From Felis catus (taxonomy: Eukaryota): a DNA stretch of 64,000 nucleotides. The stretch is from the NCBI RefSeq assembly GCF_018350175.1, contig NC_058368.1, positions 99,016,001 to 99,080,000 of the forward strand, written 5' to 3'. Positions within the stretch are counted from its first letter, which is position 1. Every line of letters starts with the position of its first letter. The translations under genes and the position numbers were made by a program. Below are positions 50,907 to 63,071 of the stretch, one piece after another. The notes under the pieces were generated by a model. It was not told where the DNA came from. It did no database searches and was given only the letters and a program-made list of their open reading frames with translations.

Positions 50907-51060
50907 GAAGGGAATTGGACAGACAACATAAAATATTTCAAAGAATGACAGTTCATTGGAGACTGAAAAGCACTCTCCTATTTCAGTTTATGATAGTCAC
51001 CTGCTCCAAGAAGGCCAAAGGAGCAGTAGTTCAGATACACACAGATGCTAGTGAGAAGTA
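50907..51060 (+). repeat. Dispersed direct repeat, copy 2
   Basis: Colinear diverged copy of 50071-50219. Confidence 0.9.
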
Positions 51061-51336
51061 GGCTTCGTGTTTTACTTGGCTTTCAAGCATTTTTTAGGAA
51101 GGACATGCTGCATGTATGCCAGTTATGGAACAGTTATGGTAGGCTGCCTTCCTTCATAATGCACAACCTTTTATCAGTACAGCTTGGAAACATTGTTAGT
51201 CTCCAAAATATGCCAGAAGCACTGCAGGTATTACAATCTCTGAAGGCCTTTGGTTAGATTCATGAGATGCTGGGATCAGAGAGAATGAAGCAAAAGAAAG
51301 TTTGCTCCAAGCTTTTGCCCAAGAAGCTGATAATAT

Positions 51337-51551
51337 ATTTTTCATTTTTTTAACGTTTATTTATTTTTGAGACAGAGACAGAGCATGAATGGGGGAGGGT
51401 CAGAGAGAGAGGGAGACACAGAATTTGAAACAGGCTCCAGGCTCTGAGCTGTCAGCACAGAGCCCGATGTGGGGCTCTAACTCATGGACTGTGACATTAT
51501 GACCTGAGCTGAAGTCAGATGCTCAACTGACTGAGCCATCCAGGAGCCCCC
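51337..51551 (-). mobile_element. CAN-SINE (SINEC_Fc)
   Basis: Core; TSD aagctgataatat at 51324-51336 and 51552-51564. Confidence 0.95.
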
Positions 51552-52169
51552 AAGCTGATAATATTTTTAATTACTGGTAATCTGTAACCACCCCCCTCCC
51601 CAAATCTCCAAAGAGGAATAGTATGGAGATGGAATAATGTTATCTTTGGAACTGACCCATTTTGTTCCAGAGCCACTATTTGGTTGACCACATACTGCAA
51701 AACACAGGATGTCCCACAGATATCATGATTTCCAGGAACATGTCCGTGAGCACGCTTTTTAATACTTTTTTTTAGCATAGAAGTGTGTCATTTTATGATG
51801 GCAAGTCATTAAATTTTTCAGTCTTTGGAATGTAGTGATGTTAGTGCCGTCAGTTTCAGTAACATTCAGGATGAGGAAGAGGGAAAGCTTTGGATCCTAA
51901 AGAGAACAGTTCTGTTATTTAAGTACGTAGTTTAACGAAAAGTTTGTTTGTAGGTGAAAATATTTCTGTGTTTGTTGTTTTGGGGACTCATTGTTTTAGC
52001 CAAATGAAACCCTCAGAAATTAGATACACCTGCAGTTAAATCTTCCAGTAGTAATTGTTGTTTTCTTCCCACTCCCTTGAGTTATGAGCAATAGTTCCTA
52101 TTCTAGGAGAATTTCTCCCTGGAATGCAGAACATTAAAAAAAAAATAAAAAAAGCATGCCCTGTCCCTG

Positions 52170-52330
52170 TCTTTGCCACTTAATCCCTAGTGAAGTTATT
52201 TAGACTCTCTGGACTTCAGTTTTTTCACCTGTAAAATGAGGACTAGTAATTTTTTTTTAAATACAGTGTTATTAGGAGAAAAATATGAATAGCACGTGAA
52301 AAACACCTGGCTTAGTGCATAGAAAATGCA
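52170..52330 (+). mobile_element. MIR
   Basis: aagttatttagactctctggacttcagtttttcacctgtaaaatgagg core. Confidence 0.7.
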
Positions 52331-52687
52331 GTTCAGTTAAAAAAAAATTTCCATTTCTATATTCTGGGTAAAAAACCGTAGTAGTTTTACCTCAAGTAAG
52401 ACATTTTTCTTGTCTTTTGGAAGCTTCACCTCTAATTTCAGTCTTTACTTTGAAGTGGGTTAATGTTTTGTCTTTGTTGATATGACCACTCTGGTCATTT
52501 AAACACTATATGGAGAATATATATTCATCTTTACTGGATAGAGTTCCATTAATATATTTTTAGTTGAGTGCAATATAAGATATTTTTAGTTAAATCATAG
52601 TCTCTTTTTATCTTAGTTTTTAAATTAAGTGCCTATCTCTATTAATTTTCTAAATTGGAGACACATGTCAAGAAAACCATCTTTCTT

Positions 52688-52892
52688 GGGGCACCTGGGT
52701 GGCTCAGTTGGTTAAACGTCCAACTCTTGATTTTGGCTCAGGTCATAATCACAGGGTAATGAGATTGAGGCCCGCATCAAGCTAAGCGAGGAGTGTGGGG
52801 CCTGCTTGGGGTTCCCCCCACTCTCTATCCCTGCCCCACTCATTCTCTTTCTCTTTCTCTCTCTCAAAAATAAATAAATAAACTTAAAACAA
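52688..52892 (+). mobile_element. CAN-SINE
   Basis: Head, core and tail; 18-bp TSD aagaaaaccatct(t/a)tctt. Confidence 0.94.
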
Positions 52893-55021
52893 AAGAAAAC
52901 CATCTATCTTTTTTTATCTTTAAAGTTGTTATTTTAAGTCTGCCAATCCTTTCTTGGCGTTCCCTCTCACCAGTTTGTATAGGGTTGGTGAGGTTTAGCC
53001 TGGTAGGTAAACAGAGGGGCTGGAATGGGAAGTATACATAGAGGAAAAGGAAAAGCCAGTACCTGATGTCAGTTCTGACTGGGTAGCAGCAAAGCCCTGG
53101 AAGTTGTTAATTATTTTAATTATCACCTTTCTCACGAGGGAATTTGAAGCTTCATACAATTTCCATGGCTTAGAGATTGACCAAAGGAAAAAAAAAACAA
53201 TGTCTAAAAGAAACTGGGATTGAAATTAGGGTACTAGAACAATAGTAATTTAGGATTAAATGGAATTTGAAATGCACTTTTAATGGTAAAGTTTTACATC
53301 TCTTGTGCCTGATTTTAAAGCCCACACATATGCATGCATTTCTGGTGTCTTTTAACCTCAGAAAGAGATGAGTTTGGATGCTACCTCTGTTGCTCACTTG
53401 CTGTGTTATCTTGAGTAACTTTCTCTCACGTGATTTTTTCATGAGCATTTTGAGACTCTTGTGATGCTTATTATGATTAAATATCATTGATATAAATGTG
53501 AACTTCTAAAACAGTGGATGCACAGTACCTTTCAGGTAACTCATCCTTCCCCTGGATCCCTGCCATGTTACTGAAAAGATTCAATTGTAGTCTACATTGC
53601 AAAGAAAACACCTAGCAAAATGACCTGCCTCCTCAGATTTGTCATTAATCTTCTGAAAATGTATAATTATATTTTATCTGGTGCCAAAAAGAAAACCTGT
53701 TTGAAGCTTGTTCTTAGAGTCAGTTAATTCCGTTTCCACAAATAAATTCTCGTCTAATTATATTTTGACGTTTTGGTTTTCAGAATGGACAGTTTTAAAT
53801 ACACCGTGTTACCGGAGTCTATTTAAAAGTTTTCATTATGAGTTCCTTTTCTGTTTCCAAATCTTTAGAGTCTCCATTATTTTAATTTTACTTTTCCCCT
53901 AGAGTCGTCAGTCATGCTAATATTAAAGTAGCTGTTGGGGAAAATAATAAACATATTCACATAAAATTAAAAAGCATTCATTCTTAACAACAGCTTCAAT
54001 TATTAATGGTGAAATGTTGATTTTTTAAAAAAAGTTTTGGTGTCTTTCATTAATTTTCTTAGTTTTCAGCATACAGGTGTTTCACATCCTTGGTTAGGTT
54101 TGTTCCAAAGTCTTGTTTTGTTTTCTGTTGCTGTTTTACATGGGATAATTTTCTTAATTTGCTTTTTGCATAGTTTGTTGTTAATATATAGAAACACAAC
54201 TGATGTTCTTTTTGTATGTTGATTTTTTTTTTATCCTGCAACTTTTTTTTACTCTTTTATTATTCTGTCAGCTTCCTTGTGGATTATTTAGAGTTTTTCT
54301 ATGTATAAGAACATGTAATCAGCAAATGTCATCAGTAAAAAAACAGATAATTTTACTTCTTCTTCTGTGATTTGGATGCCTTTTGTTTCTTTTTCTTGCC
54401 TAATTGCTCTGGGTAAGACTTGCAGTTCCCTACTGCATAGCAGCAAGAGTGGGAATCCTTTCCTTTCTCTTGATCTTTAGAGGAAAAGCTTTTAGTTTTT
54501 AGCTGTTGAATGTGATGTTAGCTGTGGGCTTGTTATATATGGCCTTGTTATGTTGAAGTAAATTCCCTCTATACCTAGGATGTTGAAAGTTTTTATCACG
54601 AAAGGGTGTTGAATTTTGTCATACTTTTTCTGCATTTATTGAGATGACTATGTGATTTTTACTCTTCATTCTCTTAATGTGATGTATCATGTTAATGGAT
54701 CTATGTTTGTTGAACCATCCTTGGGTCTAGGTATATATCCTACTTGGTCATGGCACATGATCCTTTTAATGTGCTGTTGAATTCATTTTGTTGATACTTT
54801 TCAGGGATTTGGTATCTGTATTTATCAGGGACATTGGCTTATAGCTTTCTTGTAGTATCTGTGCCTGGCTTTGGTAACAGGGTAATGCTTGCTTCATAAG
54901 ATGGGTTTTGGAGTGTTTATTCCTCTAATTTTTGGGAAGAGTTTGAGAATGCTCAGCATTAATATATTTTTTTCAATTTTTGTTAACATTTACTAGTGAA
55001 AGCATCAGTCCTGGGCTTTTC

Positions 55022-55029
55022 TTTATTGT

Positions 55030-55074
<45 letters not shown>

Positions 55075-55253
55075 TTGAGAGTGAGAGACAGATTGAATGA
55101 GAACACAGTAAGGTAAGAGGGAGTGGGAGGGAATCTTAAGCAATGCCCACTGTGGAGCCTGAGGTAGGGGGCTCTATCTGACCACCATGAGATCATGACC
55201 TGAGCTGAAGTCAAGAGTTGGATGCTTAACCTAATGACACACCCTGGTGCCCC
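55022..55253 (-). mobile_element. CAN-SINE with (GTT)n tail
   Basis: Core gagatcatgacctgagctgaagtcaagag; tail replaced by ~14 GTT units. Confidence 0.88.
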
Positions 55254-55323
55254 ACAAGGTTTTGATTACTAATTCAGTCTCCTTTCATGTTATTAATTTT
55301 TTTTCAGATTTTGTATTTCTTCC

Positions 55324-55528
55324 TTTTTTTTTGAAAGAGAGAGAAAGAGAGAGAGACAATGCACATGCATAAGAGGTGGAGGGTCAGAAGGAGCAGGAGA
55401 GTGAGAATCTTAAGCAGGCTCTATGCCTAGCACAGAACCCGGTACAAAGCTATCACCAACAGTGACATCATGACCTGAGCCAAAATCAAGAGTGGGACAT
55501 GTAACTGACTGAGCCACCCAGGTGCACC
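55324..55528 (-). mobile_element. CAN-SINE
   Basis: Core; TSD tg(ta)tttcttcct. Confidence 0.9.
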
Positions 55529-55824
55529 TCTGTTTCTTCCTGATTCAATCTTGGTAGGTTTTATACTTCTAGAATTTACCCATTTCTTTGAGGTCATTCA
55601 GTTTGTGGATGTGTAGTTGTTAATAGTGGCTTCTTATTATCCTTGTTATCTTTCTGGCAGCAGTTGTAATGTCTCCTCTTTCATTCCTGATCTTTCTTAT
55701 TTGAGTGTTCTCTCCTTTTTTCTTAGCCTAGCTAAAATTTGTGAGTTGTATTTCTCTATTCAAAAATTCAACTTTTAGCTTTGTTGATTTTTAAATTTGG
55801 TTTCTACTCTCTGCTTTCTTTATT

Positions 55825-56935
55825 AAACTGAACTCATGTTATACCTTACATAAAAAATCAACTCAAAATTAAAGACTTCAGTCTAAGATTTGAAACGTGT
55901 AACTTCTAGTAGAAATCCAAGAGGATAAGCTCTTGAGCTTTTCAGCTTAATGCTAAAAGCATAAGCAACAAAAGCAAAGTAGACAAGTAGGACTTGAAAA
56001 GCTTCTACACCACAAAGCAACAGAGTGAAAGGGCGGCCTATGGAATGGGAAACAGTATTTGAAATGATGTATTTGACAAAGAGTTAATTAAATAGCAATA
56101 AATAAATAGGCAGAGAACTTAAATGAACATTTCTCCAAAGAAGACATATAAAGAACCAACAAGTATATAAAAAAATGTTCAACATCACTAATCAACAGGA
56201 AAATGCAGTTCAAAACCACAGTGAGATATTATCTTGGACCTGTTATGATGGCTATTATCAAAAAACCCCAAAATATAGCAATTGTTGGCAAAGATGTAGA
56301 AAATTGGAACCTTTGTATACTGGGAAGAATGTAAAATGGTGCAGTCTCTCTGGAAAACAATATGGGGTTTCTTCAAAAAATTAAAAATAGAACTTACATA
56401 TAACCCAGCAATCCCAGTTCTAGGTATTTATTCAAAAGAATTGAAATGAGGATTTCAAAGAGATATCTGTAGTCCCATGTTCATTGCAGCGTTATTCACG
56501 ATAGCCAAAATGTGCAAATAATGTAAGTGCCCATCAGCAGATGAATGGATAAAGGAAATGTAGTGTATACACACAATGGAATATTATTCAGCCTCAAAAA
56601 AGAAGGAAATTCTGCCATATGTAACAACATGGGTGGACCTGGAGGACGTTATACCAAATGAAATAAGCCAGTTACAGAAGGACAAATACTACTTTATTCA
56701 ACTTACATGAAATATCTAAGACAGATTCACAGAAGCGGAGAGCAGAATGGCTGAGGGAAAGGGAAAATGGGAAATTTCTGTTCAACAGGTGTTAAGTATC
56801 AGTTACGTAAGATGAATGACTCTAGAGGTCTGGACAACATTGTACCTATACCTCACAATATTTATTGTGCACTTAAAGGTTGCATAAGCTAGATTTCATG
56901 TTAAGTATTCTTACTGCAATAAAACAAAACAAAAT
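55825..56935 (+). mobile_element. L1 3' segment (L1MA8-like ORF2 end plus 3' UTR)
   Basis: tctccaaagaagacatat, aacccagcaatccca, gatgaatggataaag, and 3' end atgttaagtattcttactgcaataaaa. Confidence 0.92.
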
Positions 56936-57289
56936 AATTTAACAAATCAAGTTAAAATGTAATTCACACACAAAATTATAATAATTTCTCTTTTTCATTT
57001 TGCATTTTATTAATCCACACTCACCATGTAGTATTTCATTATATGGTTGAATACTTATTCTACAGAATTTCTTGTTCCCTCTCTAATCTTTTAATCAGAC
57101 CCTCTGAAAGAAGTGGAATGAGTAACACGATTTAAAGGAGCAACATTAGCCTCCATTTTTATTTAAATTCAAACCAGTTTCAATCTCATCATGTTCTAAC
57201 TTTCCTTGCATTTTTTTCTTCGATATAAATGATTCATTATAAACCTTCTATAGATATCAGTTGGCTTTTCAAATTTTAGTCATAGCAAC

Positions 57290-57470
57290 ATTTATTGAGA
57301 GTATTTAATGTGACTAGTTCTTGACAACCATTATCTTCTTCTCTTTCTTCATTCCTCTGTAAGAGAAACTATCATTATTCCTATTTTGCAGATTAGAAGA
57401 TCAAACCTTAAGGTGGTTAAGTGAGGAATCCATGGCAATATTGATCCACAGAGGCATAGTTGGAACCCAC
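57290..57470 (-). mobile_element. MIR
   Basis: atttattgagagtatt...attattcctattttgcagattagaa...ggttaagtg. Confidence 0.6.
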
Positions 57471-57819
57471 ATCCACATTTTAGAACATTTAAAGAAAAAG
57501 AAAGAGGAGATACAAGACAGTCACTTATTTTGGGGGTAATTTCAGAAATAAAATTGATAACCTTGGATTGGAATGTTTATATTGCATTAGGATTATTTTC
57601 ATATCACAGTTAACTGCATATAGCCAATAATTATCTCTGAAATATTTAGATGTAGGGTTTTAACAGTACGATTCATGGGGTCAGTTATGATGTTGGATTT
57701 TTTTCAATTAGCAAAGACACAATCCCACATGTAAAATCATTCTTCTGAAATTGTAAAAAAAATATGCTTATATCTTTGATATTTTGTATTTTTTCCATTG
57801 ATATTGGTCTTCAGCAGTA

Positions 57820-58090
57820 AATTATAAATGGGCAACAAACATCTGAAAGAATGTTGACCCTCACTAAGAATAAAATAAGTGGCATAAAACTTTGAAAAAT
57901 GAAATATCGTTTTCACCTGTCAGTTTGGTAAATGAAAAAGACTGATAACCCATATTAGAAAGAAAGTGTGCAAATGTTCCTTGATGGTGAGTGTGTAAAT
58001 GTAAGTAATAATTTTGGAGGACAGTTTACTGATAACTCTGAAAATTAAAACATAAACTTTGGACACAGCCATTATACCTCTAGGAGAATT
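57820..58090 (+). mobile_element. Ancient L1 (L1ME-like) ORF2 3' fragment
   Basis: aatgggcaacaaacatctgaaagaatgttgaccctcacta...aatgaaatatcgttttcacct. Confidence 0.55.
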
Positions 58091-58327
58091 TCCTACATCT
58101 CAATTATGCAAATAGATAGAAAAAAAATACTCACTGAAATCATATACAACTGTGTGAGTTTAAATTGTTAAACTATTAAAGTCTTAAGTCCCCTATAAAT
58201 TGGTGATCTTAATAGAATCTATCTTATTGAGTGTTGTACAAAGTAATGTATTAAACAATTTGCATCTAGCAGTCACAATTTTTAATGTTTAAAAAAAACA
58301 AAATTTTTATTACCTTTAATCAACCGA

Positions 58328-59170
58328 TGTCGTAGATTCTAAGTCTAAAGTTCTCTTTTGGCCAGCAAAAGAGTGGACGCAGGATTGAAAGCAAGAGATG
58401 GCTAATGTCCGGGAAAAGTTAAGAGCCCCAAATAAGGGTCCTTGCCTCGTTTTTATTATTATCAGAAGGCTCACAAACATGGTGATGGACATGCACAAAG
58501 GGACAATGAATCTGTGAACATTACCTTGTGGATAGGAGGGAAAGGGAGTCTTGAAGATATTCATGGTTAGGGTTTTGGGTTAATATAAAACAAAATCCAG
58601 GTGCCAGGCTGTCAGGGAAGAGGTTGTTTACACCGGACATGAGGCAGTATCTCTATTTACCTTAGCTAGCCTAGGGGATGAGACAGATACAGGGAGTAAC
58701 CTCAGGGTTGACGAGGCACCTTTTCTTTTGTTTACCATCTCTGCTCTGGGCTGCTTTGCCTGCAGTGCAGCAGTCCATAGTCCAGTTTACCTAACCTGGC
58801 CCTATTCTCCTCCTGTGCAAGCAGCTTTCTGCTATAGTACTAAATTTGGAGTGCTTTCACCCTGAATATCTAATCTTGTTATTCCTATGTATTGGGCACC
58901 TTTGCACCATTTCTATTTCAAGCCTTTGCCTCTCTCTCTCTATTTTTGGGGGTTCTGCACGCCTCCCTGTTTTGGGGTGCCTTTGCACCTCCCTATTCCT
59001 AGCACCTTTGTGCCTCCCTGTTCTCAGGGTGTCTTTGCACAGCTCTGTTCTTGGGGTGCCTATCTGATTTACCCAAACTCGGGTGTGAGCATATTATGAC
59101 TGTGTATTTCTTTATGCCTTGTCAACCCTTTGGTGTAAGCCCTGGGGGATTCCTAAGCTTATCCTCCACA
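58328..59170 (-). mobile_element. Intact solo LTR, probably class II (ERV2/ERVK-like)
   Basis: TG...CA termini, 6-bp TSD aaccga/aaccaa, minus-strand start tgtggagg, AATAAA at 58457-58452, TATA-like element near 58583-58590. Confidence 0.75.
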
Positions 59171-60369
59171 AACCAAGCTTAATTTTTATATTGCAAAGTA
59201 ATACATCTTTGTTACAACACATAAAACAGTATGAGGCATACAAATTTCCTCCTTTGACCCCAAGTAAGAAACATTTTGATTTTGAGATCTGAGCACCTGG
59301 GAAATTTTTCACTGGGGATCGTTTGTGAATTAGAAATGATTTCCAGGGGTTTTAGGTTATTCTCAATTGCTAATGTAGGGATTGAGGAAATCTCTTCATT
59401 CTATTAAGTATGATAGAGTTGCACCACAGTTTGCTAATTGGGGAACCCTTAACCAATAAAGTGATAATAATCAGCCACCCAGATCAACCCTCCAATATAT
59501 CAGCATGGATACATAGAAACGGGTATCACTCATTCCAACACAAAGCCTTTTAAGTAGTAACATCCTTTTGATTTTTTTTGCCAGATGCACATCTTTCTCA
59601 AATATGTTTTAACAGAAAAAATTTAAAATATCAGATATGCTCAATCCGAAGTAAGTAGGGTACATCATAACCATTAGGGGAAAAAGTTTGCTAAAATGTT
59701 CTCAGAATAGATTGAACAAAGAATTTCAAAGGGACATTGGAAATGTTTAGTTTAATCCTCTTATTTTAGGAGTAAGAGAAACTGAGAGAATTTACATATT
59801 TCCACATCAGATTTTAAGACCAGACCACCAGTTAGAGGCAGAATGTGGCAATGAACTGATTACTCATCTTGATGCAAGGCCTGTCCAGACATCACCTATT
59901 GCATTCCAATTGTCTGGTTCCAGTTAAATATACTTACAGCTTGTTGAGAAGCCTCACTTTTCCCTTAATGTTTATCCCTCTTGGCTTTTATGGACAGTGA
60001 TTGAAATAAAGGACAAGAAACAAGCTCACAGGTTTATCTGTAGCCAGTCACTCATTTTACAATGATTTCTTAAGCACCATAAATATACCAAATATGTTCT
60101 AGTTACCATGGATACAGAAGTGAACAAAGTGATTCTTTTAAGCAAAATGGATAAAAAAAAATATAGATGATTTTTATGGCCTCCTCTTCTGTGGACTCTG
60201 ACTTTCTCGTCTCATCCATACTTAAATATTTCCCTTCATTGGTTTTTTTTTTTTTTTTGCTCATCATAGGAATTTGTTAGTTTTAGGGTGACTTGGTATA
60301 TACATTATTTATAAGTAGTCATGTAATATCCAACTGGGATTTTTTTTTTTTTTTTGGTTAAATATACAG

Positions 60370-60560
60370 TATCTGGGGCTAGAATTCTACCATGTGGGTC
60401 CCAGCTCTGCCAGTTATCAGTTTTGTAACCTTGAGAAGTTTTTAAAATTCTGAATATCTGAGCTCTCTTATTGGTAAAATGGGCACAGTAGTTCTAATGT
60501 ATCATATAAAGTTTTTTGAAGATTGATAATGTAGATGGTATCAATAAATTGCTAGCACAT
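60370..60560 (+). mobile_element. MIR
   Basis: cccagctctgccagttatcagttttgtaaccttgagaagtt...gtaaaatgggcacagta. Confidence 0.7.
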
Positions 60561-62188
60561 TTTTATTACTGCTTCTTCTGTCAGTAAACCAGTAAAGCAG
60601 GGGATGCATCACGTGTTAAAACTGGTAAAGCAGCAGACTCAGTAAAAATCAGAAAATATTACACACCTATAGCACTACTTACTCCACTGAGAATTGATCA
60701 TGGCATGCCTTCCTTCCAAGTCCCAACATGGCCTTTCAATTAGTGCAGTGCTCCAAGCGTCAGTGGGAGGTGATGCTTGAATTGAAACCAATTTGCCATC
60801 CTGAGTCTGTTTCTCTAGACAGAGCCCAAAGCCTCATGTGCTGACAGTCTTTCCTGGGAAAAAAGAAGTAAATTGGAAGGATTCAAAGTGTTTTGTAGCT
60901 AAGGTAATCATATTTTCCAGTTTGTCCTGGAAAGCCTCTGTTTTCAGCCCAGTATAATTAGTATATTAAAACTATTAAACGTTACCACTTTGGATAACAA
61001 ATTTTATGGGATCTTTAGTTATAGCTTCTTATAAAGGGCATAATATACATTATTTTCACTATTTTGAACTTGGTGTTTCTAATAACTTTCCTTCAGAAAT
61101 GGAAACAAACCACAAATCTGGTTCTTAGAATATACTCCTGCTTTATACTCTCACAGTATAGATGCTTTTCAAAGGGTAAGTCTCATCTCTTGTACTTTTA
61201 TTTTCCAATAAATGTTGAAATTGTTTTGCTTTGTCAAGTACCTAATTCTTATGTGTGGGTAACAATTTGTCACAATTTCAAGAATTACAGCCCTAAAACT
61301 TTTATTCTGTGTCCTTTGAGGGGCCAATCTTTTTTAAGTGACTAAAACAATTTACTATCCTCAAGAGACTTATTAATTTCTTATCTCCAGATGAGAGTCT
61401 TTAAAATGATGGCTCATTTACAGACTATTAGACAATCTTTTATGAACCAATGCATATGTTTTATGTTTATCCTTTAATATAAATTTTTTTATACCTGAGA
61501 TAAATTTAACTCAGGACATATTTATATATCCTAAATCAAGTCTATGTAATAAATGTTTATTTGGATTGGTGTGGTAGAATCCCTAGTCAGAGAATAAAGT
61601 TTTCGTAATAAACATTTTCATTCAACCATGGTTATTGAGTGTTAAACAACTTTCCTGACCTTTGTCTTCCTACACATGACTCATAGATTAATTTACAACA
61701 AATAATCAGATGGAAAGCATTAGTGGTTAGATGATTTTTAATTATTTTTGACTTAGCGTCTTTGAAGTTTTAAACATATTAACAAAAATCAGCGATCTAA
61801 ATGTCATTCATCAAAGCAGTTATTACTCCTTAAGTAATCCCCTAATTGTTACACATGTACACACACATTTGCAAATAATTTTAGAGTTTTCTCAGGGGAA
61901 GAGGTGGTGTTACAGGTGTGGAGTATTTTCTGATTTTGGGGGAGTCTGCTCTTTTGCTAGTTTTAACACTTGATTCGCCCCGTGCTTTACTGGTTTATTG
62001 CGAGAATAAACGTTGTTGATTAGAATCAATCCAATTATTATTTTCAACTTTACTAGTTGAATTAGTATTATACTAATTCAAGCTGATTTAAATAAGAAAT
62101 TCAGAAGATCAAGTGAAAACATGCCAATGGAAAACCCTAAGTTTCGGTGGATCCCTGATTAAGAAACTGAAGACCAAAGTGTAAAAAA

Positions 62189-62340
62189 AATCAACATATA
62201 TATATGTTGATTATATATATTATGATCATATATATATGATATACATATGATATATATTATATATAATATATATCATATGTATATCATATATATGATATAT
62301 ATTATATATATAATTTTTATATATATTATATATAATTTTT
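62189..62340. repeat. AT-rich low-complexity tract with perfect palindromes
   Basis: 24-bp palindrome at 62189-62212 and 64-bp palindrome at 62230-62293. Confidence 0.92.
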
Positions 62341-62834
62341 TAACATTCATATTTTAGGCAGCTATGATTATATGATTTTTAGATTGAGTAACATTAGAAA
62401 TTATTGATTATTTGTTACTAACAGATTCGAATTCTATTTCCTAAGGGCATTTCTTTCACATATATGTTGGATATATATTTGGATCCAATATATATTGGAT
62501 ATATATTTAGGTATAGTTTTATAATGGGGTTTGGAGAGCATTAGAGTAGAAATGTCGGAAAAATATACTAGCCAATGGCATACCTTTTGGCCTTGTTAGT
62601 TTTTGCTAAAATTATTAGTAAAATATTTTACAAAATGTGCTAAAAATAAATCATGCCTGTGCATTATGAAAATCATCTTCTTGTCCTGAATTGAATTGAC
62701 CATAAAGACATAAACTGTAAGTATTTAGGCTGTGTTGGAAAAAATCTGATCTGTGCTGTCTCTTAGAAATGGTTTTCATGTGTGTTAAAAATGATTCTGT
62801 GGAGTATGTTTGTGCATTTCAACAAAATAGTGTT

Positions 62835-63056
62835 TTTTTTTTTTAATTTTTTTAATGTTCATTTATCTTTGAGAGAGAGATAGAGTGTAAGTTGGGGAGC
62901 GGCCGAGAGAGAGGGAGACACAGAATCCAAAGCAGGCTCCAGAATCTGAGCTGTCAGCACAGAGCCTGATGCGGGGCTTGAACTCATGAGCCAATTGTAA
63001 GATAATGACCTGAGCTGAAGTCAGACACTTAACCGACTGAGCCACCCAGGTGCACC
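62835..63056 (-). mobile_element. CAN-SINE (tandem pair, left copy)
   Basis: T tract, core, gagccacccaggtgcacc end. Confidence 0.94.
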
Positions 63057-63071
63057 AAAATAATATATATA

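Larger units (their letters stand above)
54030..55820 (-). mobile_element. L1 ORF2 fragment (inverted 5' segment), interrupted by two SINEs
   Basis: Antisense ORF2 motifs: ttggatgccttttgtttctttttcttgcctaattgctctg, tgatgttagctgtgggcttg, gggtaatgcttgcttcata. Confidence 0.9.
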
